Shown: one piece after another, positions 37,911 to 48,478 of the stretch | How the letters are laid out: the number at the start of each line of letters is the position of its first letter | Position numbering within the stretch: position 1 is the stretch's first letter | From: Cyanobacteria bacterium auto_48_18 | GTDB lineage: Bacteria; Cyanobacteriota; Vampirovibrionia; Obscuribacterales; Obscuribacteraceae | Length of the DNA: 64,000 nucleotides | Reading direction: 5' to 3' | NCBI GenBank assembly: GCA_036170915.1 | Contig: JAVHQC010000001.1 | Span: forward strand, 44,972-108,971 | Translations under genes and position numbers: made by a program | The notes under the pieces: model-generated | Databases searched by the model: none | What the model was told of the DNA's origin: nothing | Seen by the model: the letters and a program-made list of their open reading frames with translations, nothing else

Positions 37911-38369
37911 TTATTCGCAAACCCATTTATCGATGGTGCGATTCCAGTTATTGACCAGTTCTTCTTCTTTGAAAAACAAACCTATCTCACGCGTGGCGCT
38001 CTCTGGGCCGTCAGATCCGTGCACCGCATTTCTGCCGATGTCGGTGGCCAGGTCACCCCGGATGGTGCCTTGAGCGGCAGCCGTCGGGTTGGTGGCACCA
38101 ATGACATTGCGGGCTAAAGTGATGGCATTTTTGCCTTCCCAAACCATCGCTACAATTGGTCCGGAGGTAATAAATTTGACCAGGCCTTCAAAGAATGGCT
38201 TGCCTTTGTGCTCACCATAATGACGCTCAGCCAGCTCAACCGGGACCACCATCATCTTCATGCCAACCAGTTTGAGGCCACGACGCTCGAAGCGGCCGAG
38301 AATATCGCCAACCAGACCACGCTCAACGCCATCAGGCTTGACCGCGACAAAAGTTCTTTCCACTGCCAC
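37911..38369 (-). CDS. ndk: Nucleoside diphosphate kinase
   Basis: [32 protein letters not shown]. Confidence 0.98.
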   Translation of the reverse strand: MAVERTFVAVKPDGVERGLVGDILGRFERRGLKLVGMKMMVVPVELAERHYGEHKGKPFFEGLVKFITSGPIVAMVWEGKNAITLARNVIGATNPTAAAQGTIRGDLATDIGRNAVHGSDGPESATREIGLFFKEEELVNNWNRTIDKWVCE

Positions 38370-38430
38370 CTTGTGACCCCCTTGCTCAACTGAGACTAAT
38401 CGCGTCTATGGTCTTACAAAGAGGATGCCA

Positions 38431-41400
38431 TCAGGAGAGTTTTGTAAGTTTTGCAAACTTCGGATCAAGCAACTTATTGCCTTCGCCCTCGAAAGCCACG
38501 TTATACAGCTCTTTTTCGCCTTCGCCGATAACGGTGATTACTTTGCCGATGCCGAACTTGACATGTTGCACGGTGTCGCCCACTTGCAGCCTCTGGAATT
38601 GCGGAGGCATGCCTTTGGGGGTGCTGTCTTCAGGCGGCAACTTGCGCATGGCCCTTGGCTTGACACCCTCGGCGGCGCGAATAGCCTGAGGCCGCGAGGC
38701 GTTCTGTGACTGATAACCAGTTTGTCGGTTGTAGCCGCCGGCACTTTGAGTTTTATTCCAGCCCGAGCCACCACCTGACGCTGGTTTTTTGTAACCACCA
38801 GAGGTGCCGGTGGCGTAATCGTTGCCGCCATATTTAGAGTCGCCGAAGTTGCCCGGCTTTTTATTATTGCGGTCGTCCCATTCCTGGCTTTCGTTGGCTT
38901 TGTCGTCAAAGGCACCAAAGCTGCCACCACCACCAAAGTTTCCGCCAGAATTGCGTTTGAATTCTTCATCACCGCTTGGGTAGAAGCCTGAAACCAATCC
39001 AGGTGTGATTTCTTTTAAGAAGCGGCTGGGAATGGTGTAGGTCGACGAGAAGCCTGAGTTTGAAAATCCGCGGCCGATCATGGTGCGTTTGCGGGCGAGG
39101 GTCATGTGCAGAATGTCACCGGCCCTGGTGATGGCCACGTACATCAAGCGGCGTTCTTCTTCCATCTGTGTGGGCGAATCGAGAGAGCGCACATGGGGAA
39201 ATAATCCTTCTTCGCAACCCATGATAAAGGCGCAAGGAAATTCGAGACCTTTAGAAGAGTGAATGGTCATCAGTTTGACCGTGTCTTCATCGAGGTTGGC
39301 TTTGTCGAGATCGCTTACCAGCGATATGCGTGTTAAGAATGAGTCTAAGTCTGGCTCATCTGCGCTGACTTCAAATTCTTTTGCCACCGCCACCAGTTCC
39401 ATAACGTTGTCGATGCGACCGAGTGCCAGTTCGTCTTTTGCCGCTCTGGCGTCGTCTTCTAAGCGTGATATGTAACCGGTGCCTTTTAAAATTTGCTCGA
39501 GCAAATCAGATACTGGTATCACTTTTGATTGCTGATTTAGCGACACAATTAAGCGAGCAAAATCTTTCAAAGCAATAGCTGCTTTAGGTGAAAGATCCGC
39601 AATGCGATCGGCTTCTAGACAGGCTTCTAGTGGGCTTGAGTTTTTCAGCTCGGCGTAGGCGTTGACTCTATCAAGAGTGGTCTTGCCGAGGCCGCGTTTC
39701 GGAGTATTGATGACGCGATTAAATGCTTGACCGTCGCGCAGATTGTAGACAAGCTTCATGTAGGCGAGCATATCTTTGATTTCTTGACGGTCATAAAATC
39801 TGGTGCCGCCCACTACTATGTATGGAATATGGCTTCGCACAAGAATTTCTTCAATCGCTCGTGATTGAGAGTTGGTGCGGTAAAGCACAACACAATCGGC
39901 ATATTTTTTGTTGCGCGCTTTCAAGCGTTTGATTTCTTCGGCCACATAATAGGCTTCGTCAATTTCGTCTTGCGCTTCGTAGCAATTGACTTTTCCACCC
40001 TTGCCGCGATTGCATCTCAGTTCTTTCTCGATGCGCTCAGTGTTGTTAGAAATAATGCTGTTGGCAGTTTCTAAAATGGTGGCAGTAGATCTGTAATTTT
40101 CTTCTAGCTTAATCAGCTCGCAGCCTGCGTAGTCTTTTTGGAAACCAAGAATGATGCGATAGTCGGCTTTGCGCCATGAATAAATTGATTGGTCAACGTC
40201 GCCCACAACTAGAAGGCTGCGCTCGCGCCACAGTTGTGCTGGTGTCAGTTCTTTGCCCGCTTCTTTGGCTTCACGCGTGAGGAAATGTTCAGAGCTATCA
40301 ACTTTGGCAATCAATGAAATCAAATCGTATTGTGATTTGTTTGTATCTTGAAACTCGTCGCACAGCACGTGGCGATAACGGCGCTGCATGCGCTCGCGCA
40401 CGTTTTGATTTTGCTGCATCAAATCGGTGAAAATCAAAATCAGATCGTCAAAATCTAGTGCGTTATTGCGCGCCAGTTCTGTTTGATAAGCAGTGAAGAT
40501 TTCAGACAGTCTTCCTTCTCTATAATTTTTCGCTTCAGAGGCATAACTCTGGTGCGTGTAGCCGTCGTTTTTAAGCGACGAAATTGTGTGCCGCACTTCT
40601 TTAGGCACGAAGACTTTGTCGTCTAAATTAAGTTTGACTATTTGGCCTTTGACGAGACTCATGCTGTCGGTTTCGTCGTAGATGACAAAATTGTTATCCC
40701 ATTTGAGCCCGTCTGCAGTCTTGTAGTTAGTGATTTCCTGGCGCAGCAAACGGGCGCAAATACTGTGGAAAGTGCCAATAGCAATGCGCTTGGCCTCGAA
40801 TGGTCCCACGATTTTTTCGATACGCTGGCGCATTTCGCCCGCAGCTTTATTGGTGAAAGTGACAGCCAGAATCGATTCGGGCTCCTGGCGCAATTTGGAG
40901 ATAATCCAGGCGATGCGTTTGGTCAAAACCGTGGTCTTGCCCGAACCGGCGCCGGCAATGATTAATGATGGTCCCCATTCTTGCGACACGCACTGGGCTT
41001 GCTCGGCGTTTAATCTATCTAGCAGCTTCACTTCCATGGCAGCCGCTTCGGCATCAGAAATGGGGGCGTATTCAGAGCGTCCGTAGCGCGGGCCAGGATC
41101 TGGCGGTACAAAGCTGCGTGCCGCCGGTGCTGGAGGCGCAACTGCCGGAGCTGGCGGGGCTGTAGACACGTAGCGCGATTGCACAAAAGCTTGGGCGCTG
41201 GCGGGCACAGCTGCAGCAGGTCCAGCTGCAGAAGGACCAGTGCTAACAGCATCAGCCTGCGCTTGGTCCTCTACCTTAAATTCCACCGTCAAATCTTCTT
41301 CGAGATCTTCAGGCTCAATGGCCAGGCTGCTGAGCTCCTCCACTTCCAACTCGGCCAGAGCCAGTTCGTCGGCGTCAGAGGGCTCAAGGTCGCTCGACCC

Positions 41401-41433
41401 GAATAAGCTCAATTGTTTGTCTTTGCCGGCCAT
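38431..41433 (-). CDS. pcrA: PcrA/UvrD SF1A DNA helicase with long N-terminal and pre-CTD extensions
   Basis: AGAGSGKT, TFTNKAA, DEFQDTN, VGDVDQSIY, NYRS, MTIHSSKGLEF, EERRLMYVAITRA; Tudor-like CTD (VQHVKFGIG). Probable start ATG 41433. Confidence 0.93.
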   Translation of the reverse strand: MAGKDKQLSLFGSSDLEPSDADELALAELEVEELSSLAIEPEDLEEDLTVEFKVEDQAQADAVSTGPSAAGPAAAVPASAQAFVQSRYVSTAPPAPAVAPPAPAARSFVPPDPGPRYGRSEYAPISDAEAAAMEVKLLDRLNAEQAQCVSQEWGPSLIIAGAGSGKTTVLTKRIAWIISKLRQEPESILAVTFTNKAAGEMRQRIEKIVGPFEAKRIAIGTFHSICARLLRQEITNYKTADGLKWDNNFVIYDETDSMSLVKGQIVKLNLDDKVFVPKEVRHTISSLKNDGYTHQSYASEAKNYREGRLSEIFTAYQTELARNNALDFDDLILIFTDLMQQNQNVRERMQRRYRHVLCDEFQDTNKSQYDLISLIAKVDSSEHFLTREAKEAGKELTPAQLWRERSLLVVGDVDQSIYSWRKADYRIILGFQKDYAGCELIKLEENYRSTATILETANSIISNNTERIEKELRCNRGKGGKVNCYEAQDEIDEAYYVAEEIKRLKARNKKYADCVVLYRTNSQSRAIEEILVRSHIPYIVVGGTRFYDRQEIKDMLAYMKLVYNLRDGQAFNRVINTPKRGLGKTTLDRVNAYAELKNSSPLEACLEADRIADLSPKAAIALKDFARLIVSLNQQSKVIPVSDLLEQILKGTGYISRLEDDARAAKDELALGRIDNVMELVAVAKEFEVSADEPDLDSFLTRISLVSDLDKANLDEDTVKLMTIHSSKGLEFPCAFIMGCEEGLFPHVRSLDSPTQMEEERRLMYVAITRAGDILHMTLARKRTMIGRGFSNSGFSSTYTIPSRFLKEITPGLVSGFYPSGDEEFKRNSGGNFGGGGSFGAFDDKANESQEWDDRNNKKPGNFGDSKYGGNDYATGTSGGYKKPASGGGSGWNKTQSAGGYNRQTGYQSQNASRPQAIRAAEGVKPRAMRKLPPEDSTPKGMPPQFQRLQVGDTVQHVKFGIGKVITVIGEGEKELYNVAFEGEGNKLLDPKFAKLTKLS

Positions 41434-41793
41434 AACTTGACTGTCTCTTCCCACGGCTTCTCCATCCATATTAAAAGTGATTGGGCAGGGCTCTTGCGCA
41501 GGCATGTGCCATTTTGCCGCAAAATTAATGATGTCAAGCTTGCTCCGCACCTGGGCGGATATCTGCTTGCTATGCTTAAGACTCCCTGGCGAATATCAAT
41601 GAAACGCAGCGCCAGAGGCTCCTACAAGAGTAATTGTGCGTCATTGACGCCTCGCTGTTAATTAAAACTTGTAAACAGCAAGCACCTCGCTAGGGTAAAA
41701 CCACCGGGAAGACTTGTAATCTTAATGATTAGCTAGCAGATTGTTGAGACCAGTAATGACTGCGTCTATATAAAAGGGATTGGATAGATATAT

Positions 41794-42312
41794 ATGAGTC
41801 GAATTGAACCCAGTGCCGCCACTATACCTACAGTCGATGAACTGGCCCAAGAGTTATTGCTCATCCAACAGTCTGGCCCGCGCAAAGTCGCCATCATCGG
41901 CACCCGCAACCTGCCACTCACACATCAGCAACTGGTAGAAATGCTTTCTTACGCGCTGGTGCTCTCAGGCAACCAGGTGGTCACCAGCGGTGGTGCTAAC
42001 GGATGCAACATGGCAGTTATTCGCGGCGCGCAAAGAGCGAATCCTGATCGATTAAATATTATCTTGCCCCAAACAATCAGCCAACAGCCAGGCGAAGTTC
42101 AGGACCTTTTAATAGGTATCAAGAATATCGTTGAGTATCCTGAAAGACGTACCATGACGCTCGCCGATGCCAGTCGCATATGCAACCATGAAATAATCGA
42201 TAGATGCCAGCAAATAATTTGTTTCCTCTATCACACGAGTCATACACTGCTTGAGTCGGTAAACTATGCCAAGGAACATCGTAAGATTGTGACTAGCTTC
42301 TACCTCGACTAA
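41794..42312 (+). CDS. Short DprA/Smf-like Rossmann-fold protein (cyanobacterial type)
   Basis: DELAQELLLIQQSG, VAIIGTRN, EMLSYALVLSGN, TSGGANGCN.AVIRGA. Confidence 0.75.
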   Translation: MSRIEPSAATIPTVDELAQELLLIQQSGPRKVAIIGTRNLPLTHQQLVEMLSYALVLSGNQVVTSGGANGCNMAVIRGAQRANPDRLNIILPQTISQQPGEVQDLLIGIKNIVEYPERRTMTLADASRICNHEIIDRCQQIICFLYHTSHTLLESVNYAKEHRKIVTSFYLD

Positions 42313-42374
42313 CCAGCGGGAATCAAACAGTCAATTTAAACGGACACGCTGCGGCTTTATTTCCGCAGGGAACT

Positions 42375-43517
42375 TTGCTAGCAGCCTTGTACTCGCTAGT
42401 TTTGCCCTGTGTAATTGCGCTTGCCTTAACGTCAGCGTGCATGCCCTTCTACATAAAGTGGCTCAAGAGTCTGCAAATCAATCAGTTTTTGCGAGAAGAA
42501 GGCCCGGCCAGTCACGCACATAAAGCCAAGACCCCAACCATGGGTGGTCTGGTTTTTATCATCACCACATTCGCCACCACAATTGGCATCTCGTTCATCC
42601 CCGGCATGTCGCATGACCCGAGCTATTACGCTGTGATTATCACAGGGGTTTTGTGCGGAATAGTGGGGCTGATAGACGACTCAGCCAAGGTTATACAGAA
42701 AGCCAACAAAGGCATATCAGCATATGTGCGTTTAGGCACCGAGACTGTTTTTGGCGTGGTATTGGCCCTGGTGCTGGTGGCACTGAATGACAATCGCCTG
42801 ATTGTGCCCTCCGCCCTTTATTCAATTTTGCACGGCCAGCTGGGCACCATGCCTGATATCACCCAGCCAGTGGCAATCATGATTTTGCCTGCCATTATTT
42901 TCATCGCCCTCAGCGCATTTCTTACAGCAGCCACCACCAACGCCGTTAATTTGCACGACGGCATGGACGGCCTGGCCGCCGGCACCGCCTGCCAGATTTT
43001 CGCCACCATGGCCGTGATTTTATTCGCCACCGGCAGCGACGCGCCGGTGCAATACGGCTATGCCACCATATCTGCCACCGTAGCCGGAGCACTGCTCGGG
43101 TTTCTTTTCTTCAACGCCAATCCGGCAAAAATTTTCATGGGCGACACCGGCTCGCTATTTATCGGCGGATTAATGGCCTGCATCGTTTTAGCCGGCGGCA
43201 TCACAATCTGGTTTGTGCCGCTCTCGCTGATTTATATTCTCGAAGCTCTTTCGGTGATGGCCCAGGTGATTTATTTCAAGCTCACCAAGCCGTACACACC
43301 TGAAAAACCCATGAGCGCTCCCGCCTTAATTATGCTCAAATTGACCAAAAAGCTACCCGGCGAGGGCAAGCGGCTATTTCGCATGGCACCTTTACATCAT
43401 CACTACGAAGCGGTCATGGCCGAAAAGGGCTGGGCGGAATGGCAAGTGGTGTTGGCTTTTTGGGGAGTGCAGTTTTTACTCTGCGCGGCTGTATTATTGA
43501 ATTTCCACTACCGCTAA
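42375..43517 (+). CDS. mraY: Phospho-N-acetylmuramoyl-pentapeptide transferase
   Basis: KTPTMGG, NAVNLHDGMDGL, IFMGDTGS, MAPLHHHYE. Confidence 0.96.
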   Translation: MLAALYSLVLPCVIALALTSACMPFYIKWLKSLQINQFLREEGPASHAHKAKTPTMGGLVFIITTFATTIGISFIPGMSHDPSYYAVIITGVLCGIVGLIDDSAKVIQKANKGISAYVRLGTETVFGVVLALVLVALNDNRLIVPSALYSILHGQLGTMPDITQPVAIMILPAIIFIALSAFLTAATTNAVNLHDGMDGLAAGTACQIFATMAVILFATGSDAPVQYGYATISATVAGALLGFLFFNANPAKIFMGDTGSLFIGGLMACIVLAGGITIWFVPLSLIYILEALSVMAQVIYFKLTKPYTPEKPMSAPALIMLKLTKKLPGEGKRLFRMAPLHHHYEAVMAEKGWAEWQVVLAFWGVQFLLCAAVLLNFHYR

Positions 43518-43535
43518 AATGCCAGGAGTCTCTGG

Positions 43536-45383
43536 GTGTCTGCCCAAATATCACAGTTAGTCTCTGATTTAGTCTCACAAGGCAAGTGGGAAGAGGCTTA
43601 CGCCGCGCTTATTCGTTTCGGTCAGCAGAATCCAAGTGGAGTCAACGACCCCGACTTGCAATGCCAACTCGGCATCATCGCTTTCAACAGCGGCAAGTTG
43701 CCCGAGGCCGAACGCCATCTCAAAACCGCTCTCTCTATCGACTCGAGCCGCTCAGACGCGCACTATCAATTAGGTTTGGTGCTGCTCAAAGACGGCCGCC
43801 CGGCCGAAGCCATGCCCGCTTTTCGCGAAGCCTGCGAGCGCCGCCCCAACTATGCAGTAGGCCATTTGCACTGGGGAATGGCTCTGATGGCCAATGGCAG
43901 CTTCAGAGGAGCAATCGGACAATTTAATCAGGCCATAAAGATTGATGGAAAATTGAGCGCCGCGTACGTGCAGGGTGGCATGGCAAGCTTCCGCATGGGG
44001 CAATTTATGGAAGCGGCACAATATTTTCAAGCCGCCGCCAACAATGAACCAGACATTCCAGAACCCCTGGTCTGTCTCGGCATCGCACTCTCTGCCCTGG
44101 GCAACGATGTGGATGCCGGCAAATGTTTCATGCGCGCCTGGCAGGTAGACGGCAAAGACATCACTACCTTGCGTTACGCTGCATCTGCCATGGCCAACGC
44201 CGGAATGATCGACGACGCCGTGCGACTCTTCCAAGAGTCAGTGGGAATGGGCCACCGCGTGCTCACCGCCCGAGAGCGCGCCTTGATATATAACGACTGG
44301 GGCGTCTCACTATTCAAGGCCGGACGCGCCGAAGATTCTTCAGATAAATTACTCGAAGCATCCGACATGGATCCAACATGCTTAGAGCCAGTGATGAATC
44401 TCGGGCTGGTTTGCGTCGAGTTGGCAGAGTATGAGCGCGCCGCTGAAGCATTCGAAAAAGCCCTGGCTATTGATAAAACCAATAACGAAGTGCGCGTCTA
44501 TCTGGCTGTCACTCTGATTTTGATGAATAGCTGCCAGGCTGCCATAAATGTTTTGCAGGAAAAAGAACAAGACGGCCGCTTTGATTTCTGGCTCGGCCAC
44601 GCGTACTTAGGTATCGCCAACTATGATCGCGCCAAACAATATTTTGAACGCGTACTAAAAGAATCGCAAATCAACTATCAAGCCTTAGACGGCCTGGGTT
44701 GCGCTTTGATGTTGGGTGGGAATTATCCGGAAGCGGTAGAGAAATTTGAACAAGCAATCAGTATGCGCGAAGATTATGCGCTCGGGCATTTGCATTTAGC
44801 ACGCGCTTTAGACGAACTTGGTCAGACAGAACTTGGTGCAAATCACTTGCGCATTGCTGTTAATTTAGATCCGCAATGTTTGAACCCGCAAAAAGAAGCC
44901 CTCGATAGATTAGTGAAAGCCGCTCGTTATGAGCTTGTTGAAGCGCAGTCGCTCAAGATTCTGGCAGCCAATCCACAAGATTCTGATGTGCGTGTTTCGC
45001 TTGCCCGTGCCTTCAAAGAACAACAACGTCTTGACGAAGCCGTCGATCTGGTGGCACTGGTGATTCAAGAAGATCCAAAAAATGCCACCGCTCGCATTGT
45101 CGCCGGCCAAATATTTTTACTGCAAGGACGTTTTGTCGAAGCCGACGAAATGTTTCGCGAGGCCGATGAAAACTCAGACGGCGACCCCGGTTTGTTTTAC
45201 TACTGGGGCAAAACTTTGTCACTGCTCGGATTGCAAGAATTAGCACTAGAGAAATACGAGAAAGCTTCAGAGCTCGACCCTTATGACGCAGATGTTTATG
45301 ATGCCTGGGGTTCAGCTCTAAAGTCGCTGGGAAGATTCGCCGATGCCGCCGAAGTGTATCGCAAGGCGTCGGAGTACATTTAG
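43536..45383 (+). CDS. TPR-repeat protein
   Basis: TPR patterns across the whole 615 aa (AHYQLGLVL, VMNLGLV). Confidence 0.88.
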   Translation: MSAQISQLVSDLVSQGKWEEAYAALIRFGQQNPSGVNDPDLQCQLGIIAFNSGKLPEAERHLKTALSIDSSRSDAHYQLGLVLLKDGRPAEAMPAFREACERRPNYAVGHLHWGMALMANGSFRGAIGQFNQAIKIDGKLSAAYVQGGMASFRMGQFMEAAQYFQAAANNEPDIPEPLVCLGIALSALGNDVDAGKCFMRAWQVDGKDITTLRYAASAMANAGMIDDAVRLFQESVGMGHRVLTARERALIYNDWGVSLFKAGRAEDSSDKLLEASDMDPTCLEPVMNLGLVCVELAEYERAAEAFEKALAIDKTNNEVRVYLAVTLILMNSCQAAINVLQEKEQDGRFDFWLGHAYLGIANYDRAKQYFERVLKESQINYQALDGLGCALMLGGNYPEAVEKFEQAISMREDYALGHLHLARALDELGQTELGANHLRIAVNLDPQCLNPQKEALDRLVKAARYELVEAQSLKILAANPQDSDVRVSLARAFKEQQRLDEAVDLVALVIQEDPKNATARIVAGQIFLLQGRFVEADEMFREADENSDGDPGLFYYWGKTLSLLGLQELALEKYEKASELDPYDADVYDAWGSALKSLGRFADAAEVYRKASEYI

Positions 45384-45662
45384 AAGCTCAGCTGCATCTA
45401 AGAACTCAGCCTTGCGCCTAGCCCGACAGCGTCTGCAAAACTGCTAGTTGAGCTATCGCATTCAACTCATCTGATACCGGATCTGGTGCCTAGTTTCGGC
45501 AAACCCGATCGGCGACAATGCTTAGAACGCAGTCAGACAGTGAGTATTCGTTTTCAAACATTAAAGTTGAGGGAAGCCCCTATATCTATTGGTTTTGTGC
45601 GGCACTACTATATATTTGTTCACAGTGAGCGCACCACCACACGGTACTTGAGAGGCGAAATT

Positions 45663-46310
45663 ATGTTAGACAGTCAACCTTTAGAGCAAAATGCTGACGA
45701 TGAAAGTACTGAAGTTATCTATACCTTAGAAGATTTAAGAGCTCTTCATACAACTTCCTCTGTAGAGCTAACGGCTGTTACAGAGCGCGAGCCCGAATAC
45801 CGAACTCTAAATTTCTTTCGCGGAGGGGTTACTGAAGATAGGATAGTTCACGAAACAAGATCTCAGCATGGTGCCCTGGCACACTGGCGTCACAATGGCA
45901 GCAAGCAAAGTGAACATGATGGCGACATTCTCCGCAATGGTGTGGACCCCAGCAAGCGTTATGATCGCAACGCTCAACGCAACCTGCCTGGTTACAGTGT
46001 TAACACTGCGGGCATGGGTCTGGAGAATGAAAATCTTTACTCTTTTATCACACGCACTCGGCAAAATGTAATTCCAATTACGGCAAATGAAGGTGCAGAA
46101 GAGCCTGCGGCTGAGCCAGTTGTCGAAGAACCATCTGTAGAAGAGAATGATAAGCCAATTATTGAAGAGCCAGCGATTGATGAGACTGCACCGCATGCGA
46201 TGCCTGAAGTGTTGCTTTCAGGAGCACCTGCCCCAGCGATTTTGTTCAAGTTTAGACGCATGAAGACTGCTACCTTTACCAACTTGCTGGCACGGGCACT
46301 TAATCAATAG
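45663..46310 (+). CDS. Hypothetical acidic protein
   Basis: ATG 45663 after GAGG; Glu/Pro-rich segment. No family recognised. Confidence 0.6.
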   Translation: MLDSQPLEQNADDESTEVIYTLEDLRALHTTSSVELTAVTEREPEYRTLNFFRGGVTEDRIVHETRSQHGALAHWRHNGSKQSEHDGDILRNGVDPSKRYDRNAQRNLPGYSVNTAGMGLENENLYSFITRTRQNVIPITANEGAEEPAAEPVVEEPSVEENDKPIIEEPAIDETAPHAMPEVLLSGAPAPAILFKFRRMKTATFTNLLARALNQ

Positions 46311-46314
46311 GTCG

Positions 46315-46749
46315 TCAGACTTTAAAAAGTCTTTCGTCAAACTCGAAAGGGTTAGTTTTTAGCACTTTGACGTCTGTCATTCTAGGATGTAGAGGGTTGA
46401 GAATAATATTCTGTTCTACACAGATAACAGCTGATGGAACAACGAGATAAAGTGTACGGTTCTTGCTCAGCCATTGATCTCCGAAAGCGCTCGCCTCCGA
46501 CTGGGTTGGCGTTTTTGCTTCAGAGAAGGTAGCACCTTCTTTCATTGGCAATTCTATTTTTAGCCACACTAGATCACTGGGAAAATCATTTAAGTCTAAG
46601 TGCACCAGCATTTCTAATACTGCAAGTGAAAGGTTTGATGAAGTGTAGACTGCAGGTCGACCTGGCGAATTCCATCTGCCGCCAAACAGCTTTGCTCCTT
46701 CACCATCTAATGCGATGTGACGACGAGCGCAAATTCGATACACGATCAT
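46315..46749 (-). CDS. RES-domain toxin (NAD+ phosphorylase family)
   Basis: YRI, GGRWNSPG, YTSSNLSLAVLE, VPSAVI, NIILNPLHP. Confidence 0.92.
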   Translation of the reverse strand: MIVYRICARRHIALDGEGAKLFGGRWNSPGRPAVYTSSNLSLAVLEMLVHLDLNDFPSDLVWLKIELPMKEGATFSEAKTPTQSEASAFGDQWLSKNRTLYLVVPSAVICVEQNIILNPLHPRMTDVKVLKTNPFEFDERLFKV

Positions 46750-47174
46750 TAGGAGTAGATTCCATGCTCGATTCGGCCCAGAATAGATTCTACGATTCGA
46801 GCACCATATTCTGATTTAAGCAAAGTCAGAGGAAGCTCTCCGTCGATTGCTCTGTTTGTTGTCCGCAGCCATCTAGACGCCTTTACATTGTCGCCGAACA
46901 CTTCCACTGTGTAGTCATAAATGCGTGCCAATCTAGCCACGAGGTCGGACTCTTCTGGAGTCAGGCGTTTTTCGTTTTTTCTACGAGCTAGCGTGCGGGC
47001 TGGAATAAATTCTTTAAGCTCGGCTTCATCGATAATTCCGCGTTTTAAGAGGCTCTTTAACGCATCAACAGAAAATCCTTCATTGACAGCGTTCAGCATT
47101 TGAATGTCTGATGTTATCTTGGCAGTCCAGCTACCCTGCGCCGATAAAGCGCGAAGTATTCTATCGCGGTCCAT
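46749..47174 (-). CDS. Xre/MbcA/ParS-type antitoxin
   Basis: IPARTLARRK, LTPEESD, VFGD...WL..TNRAIDGE.PL.LL..EYGAR.VE.ILGRIEHG; 1-bp overlap with the RES gene. Confidence 0.92.
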   Translation of the reverse strand: MDRDRILRALSAQGSWTAKITSDIQMLNAVNEGFSVDALKSLLKRGIIDEAELKEFIPARTLARRKNEKRLTPEESDLVARLARIYDYTVEVFGDNVKASRWLRTTNRAIDGELPLTLLKSEYGARIVESILGRIEHGIYS

Positions 47175-47280
47175 AATTTACCTCTCGGCCATATGCCTAC
47201 TATTGTAGTGCCAGTTGGCAGTTTGTGCAACGCTGTTTTACGGCCACGGCAGGTCTGTCCAGGGTGTTCAAAACTCAAGT

Positions 47281-47325
47281 AAAACTGCTTACAGAAAAAC
47301 CTCAAGTTTTTCTGTAAGCAGTTTT
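47281..47325. repeat. Perfect 20-bp-stem inverted repeat (terminator or REP-like), copy 1
   Basis: aaaactgcttacagaaaaac-ctcaa-gtttttctgtaagcagtttt. Confidence 0.85.
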
Positions 47326-47365
47326 GACAGCGAGAAAGAAGTACCGAGGCAACCGGTTTTGGTAG

Positions 47366-47836
47366 CTAAAGTTTACGGCGCATAAATATGGTCGCTTGCG
47401 GATTGTCGTTGTAGCGCTCGCAATGCTCATAACCATTTCGAATATAGAATTTTATGGCTGCCTGCAAGTCATCTTTAGTGTCCAAGTAACTCCACAGATA
47501 GTTCTCAGAAGCGGCATACTGGTGCAGTGATTGCAATAACTGTTCGGCGATTCCCTGGCCACGATAAGGCTGTTTGACATACAACCGTTTTACTTCGCAC
47601 GAATTTTCTATCTGCGGCAGCGGACGCACAGCGATGCAGCCGACTAATTGATCATCAACTTGCGCTAGCCAAACACCAGAAGCTTTTTCGAAGTACTTTC
47701 CAAATTCTTGTTCGTTTTCGCGCACGGTTGCGTTAATTTCTTCGCAGTACTGTTGAACTATCGAATAGGCTTTTTTCAAGTCGCTGCTAGACGCCTTGTA
47801 GATCTTTGCTTCTTTGAGTTGGCCCTGTTGTGTCAT
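47366..47836 (-). CDS. GNAT family N-acetyltransferase
   Basis: CEVKRLYV..YRGQGIA, YLDT, AIKFY.RNGY, RYNDNP. Confidence 0.9.
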   Translation of the reverse strand: MTQQGQLKEAKIYKASSSDLKKAYSIVQQYCEEINATVRENEQEFGKYFEKASGVWLAQVDDQLVGCIAVRPLPQIENSCEVKRLYVKQPYRGQGIAEQLLQSLHQYAASENYLWSYLDTKDDLQAAIKFYIRNGYEHCERYNDNPQATIFMRRKL

Positions 47837-47879
47837 TGTTAATTAGCGACCTTGTTGGGAAGCGCAATTATAATCTACC

Positions 47880-48368
47880 CTAAGACCTCTGTTTGATTTT
47901 GCCCTTTTGCAGCTTAGGCACACGAGGCAGTAACCTCTTAATTGCTGCAATCAATGCCGGAGCATCGAAGACCGGCATACTAATGAAAGCATCAGCCCCC
48001 ATCAACTGGCCTGCTCTTTCTGTTGAAGCGTTGATTCGAGCCCCCATTGGACCAGGCTCTAGAGCCAGAATCATAAACATCGCTTCGGTATGTTCTGGAT
48101 CTTTTCTCAACCGTTTTAGAAAATCAAAGAGCGATTCATTTTCTAAATAGGCTGCGCAAATGATAACGTCAGCGTGATCCGTTCCATTTAGAAAAGCAAA
48201 TGCCTCATCAATGGTGTGAGCTCCCACAACTGAGTGTCCGGCATGTTTGCAAGCTTCTTTCAAAAGGTCGGCATGTTCGACACTGTCCATAATCAAAATT
48301 CGAAAAGTATCTTGGGCAGGCAACCTAGCATCAATGCTGGCCACCTCAACGAGTGGTTCTATAGTCAT
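47880..48368 (-). CDS. Atypical single-domain receiver (pseudo-receiver) protein
   Basis: RILIMDS...DVIICAAYLENESLFDFLKRLR...MGADAFIS; no Asp at the usual phosphoacceptor position. Confidence 0.7.
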   Translation of the reverse strand: MTIEPLVEVASIDARLPAQDTFRILIMDSVEHADLLKEACKHAGHSVVGAHTIDEAFAFLNGTDHADVIICAAYLENESLFDFLKRLRKDPEHTEAMFMILALEPGPMGARINASTERAGQLMGADAFISMPVFDAPALIAAIKRLLPRVPKLQKGKIKQRS

Positions 48369-48478
48369 GGGCTGAACCTAAATTCTTTAGTAAATCAACG
48401 ATGGCGACTGACAGAAATGCTCTTGGTTCCATTTATTTAACGTGCAGTTTGTGCTCGGTGTCCGAGAACGGCTTGAAT

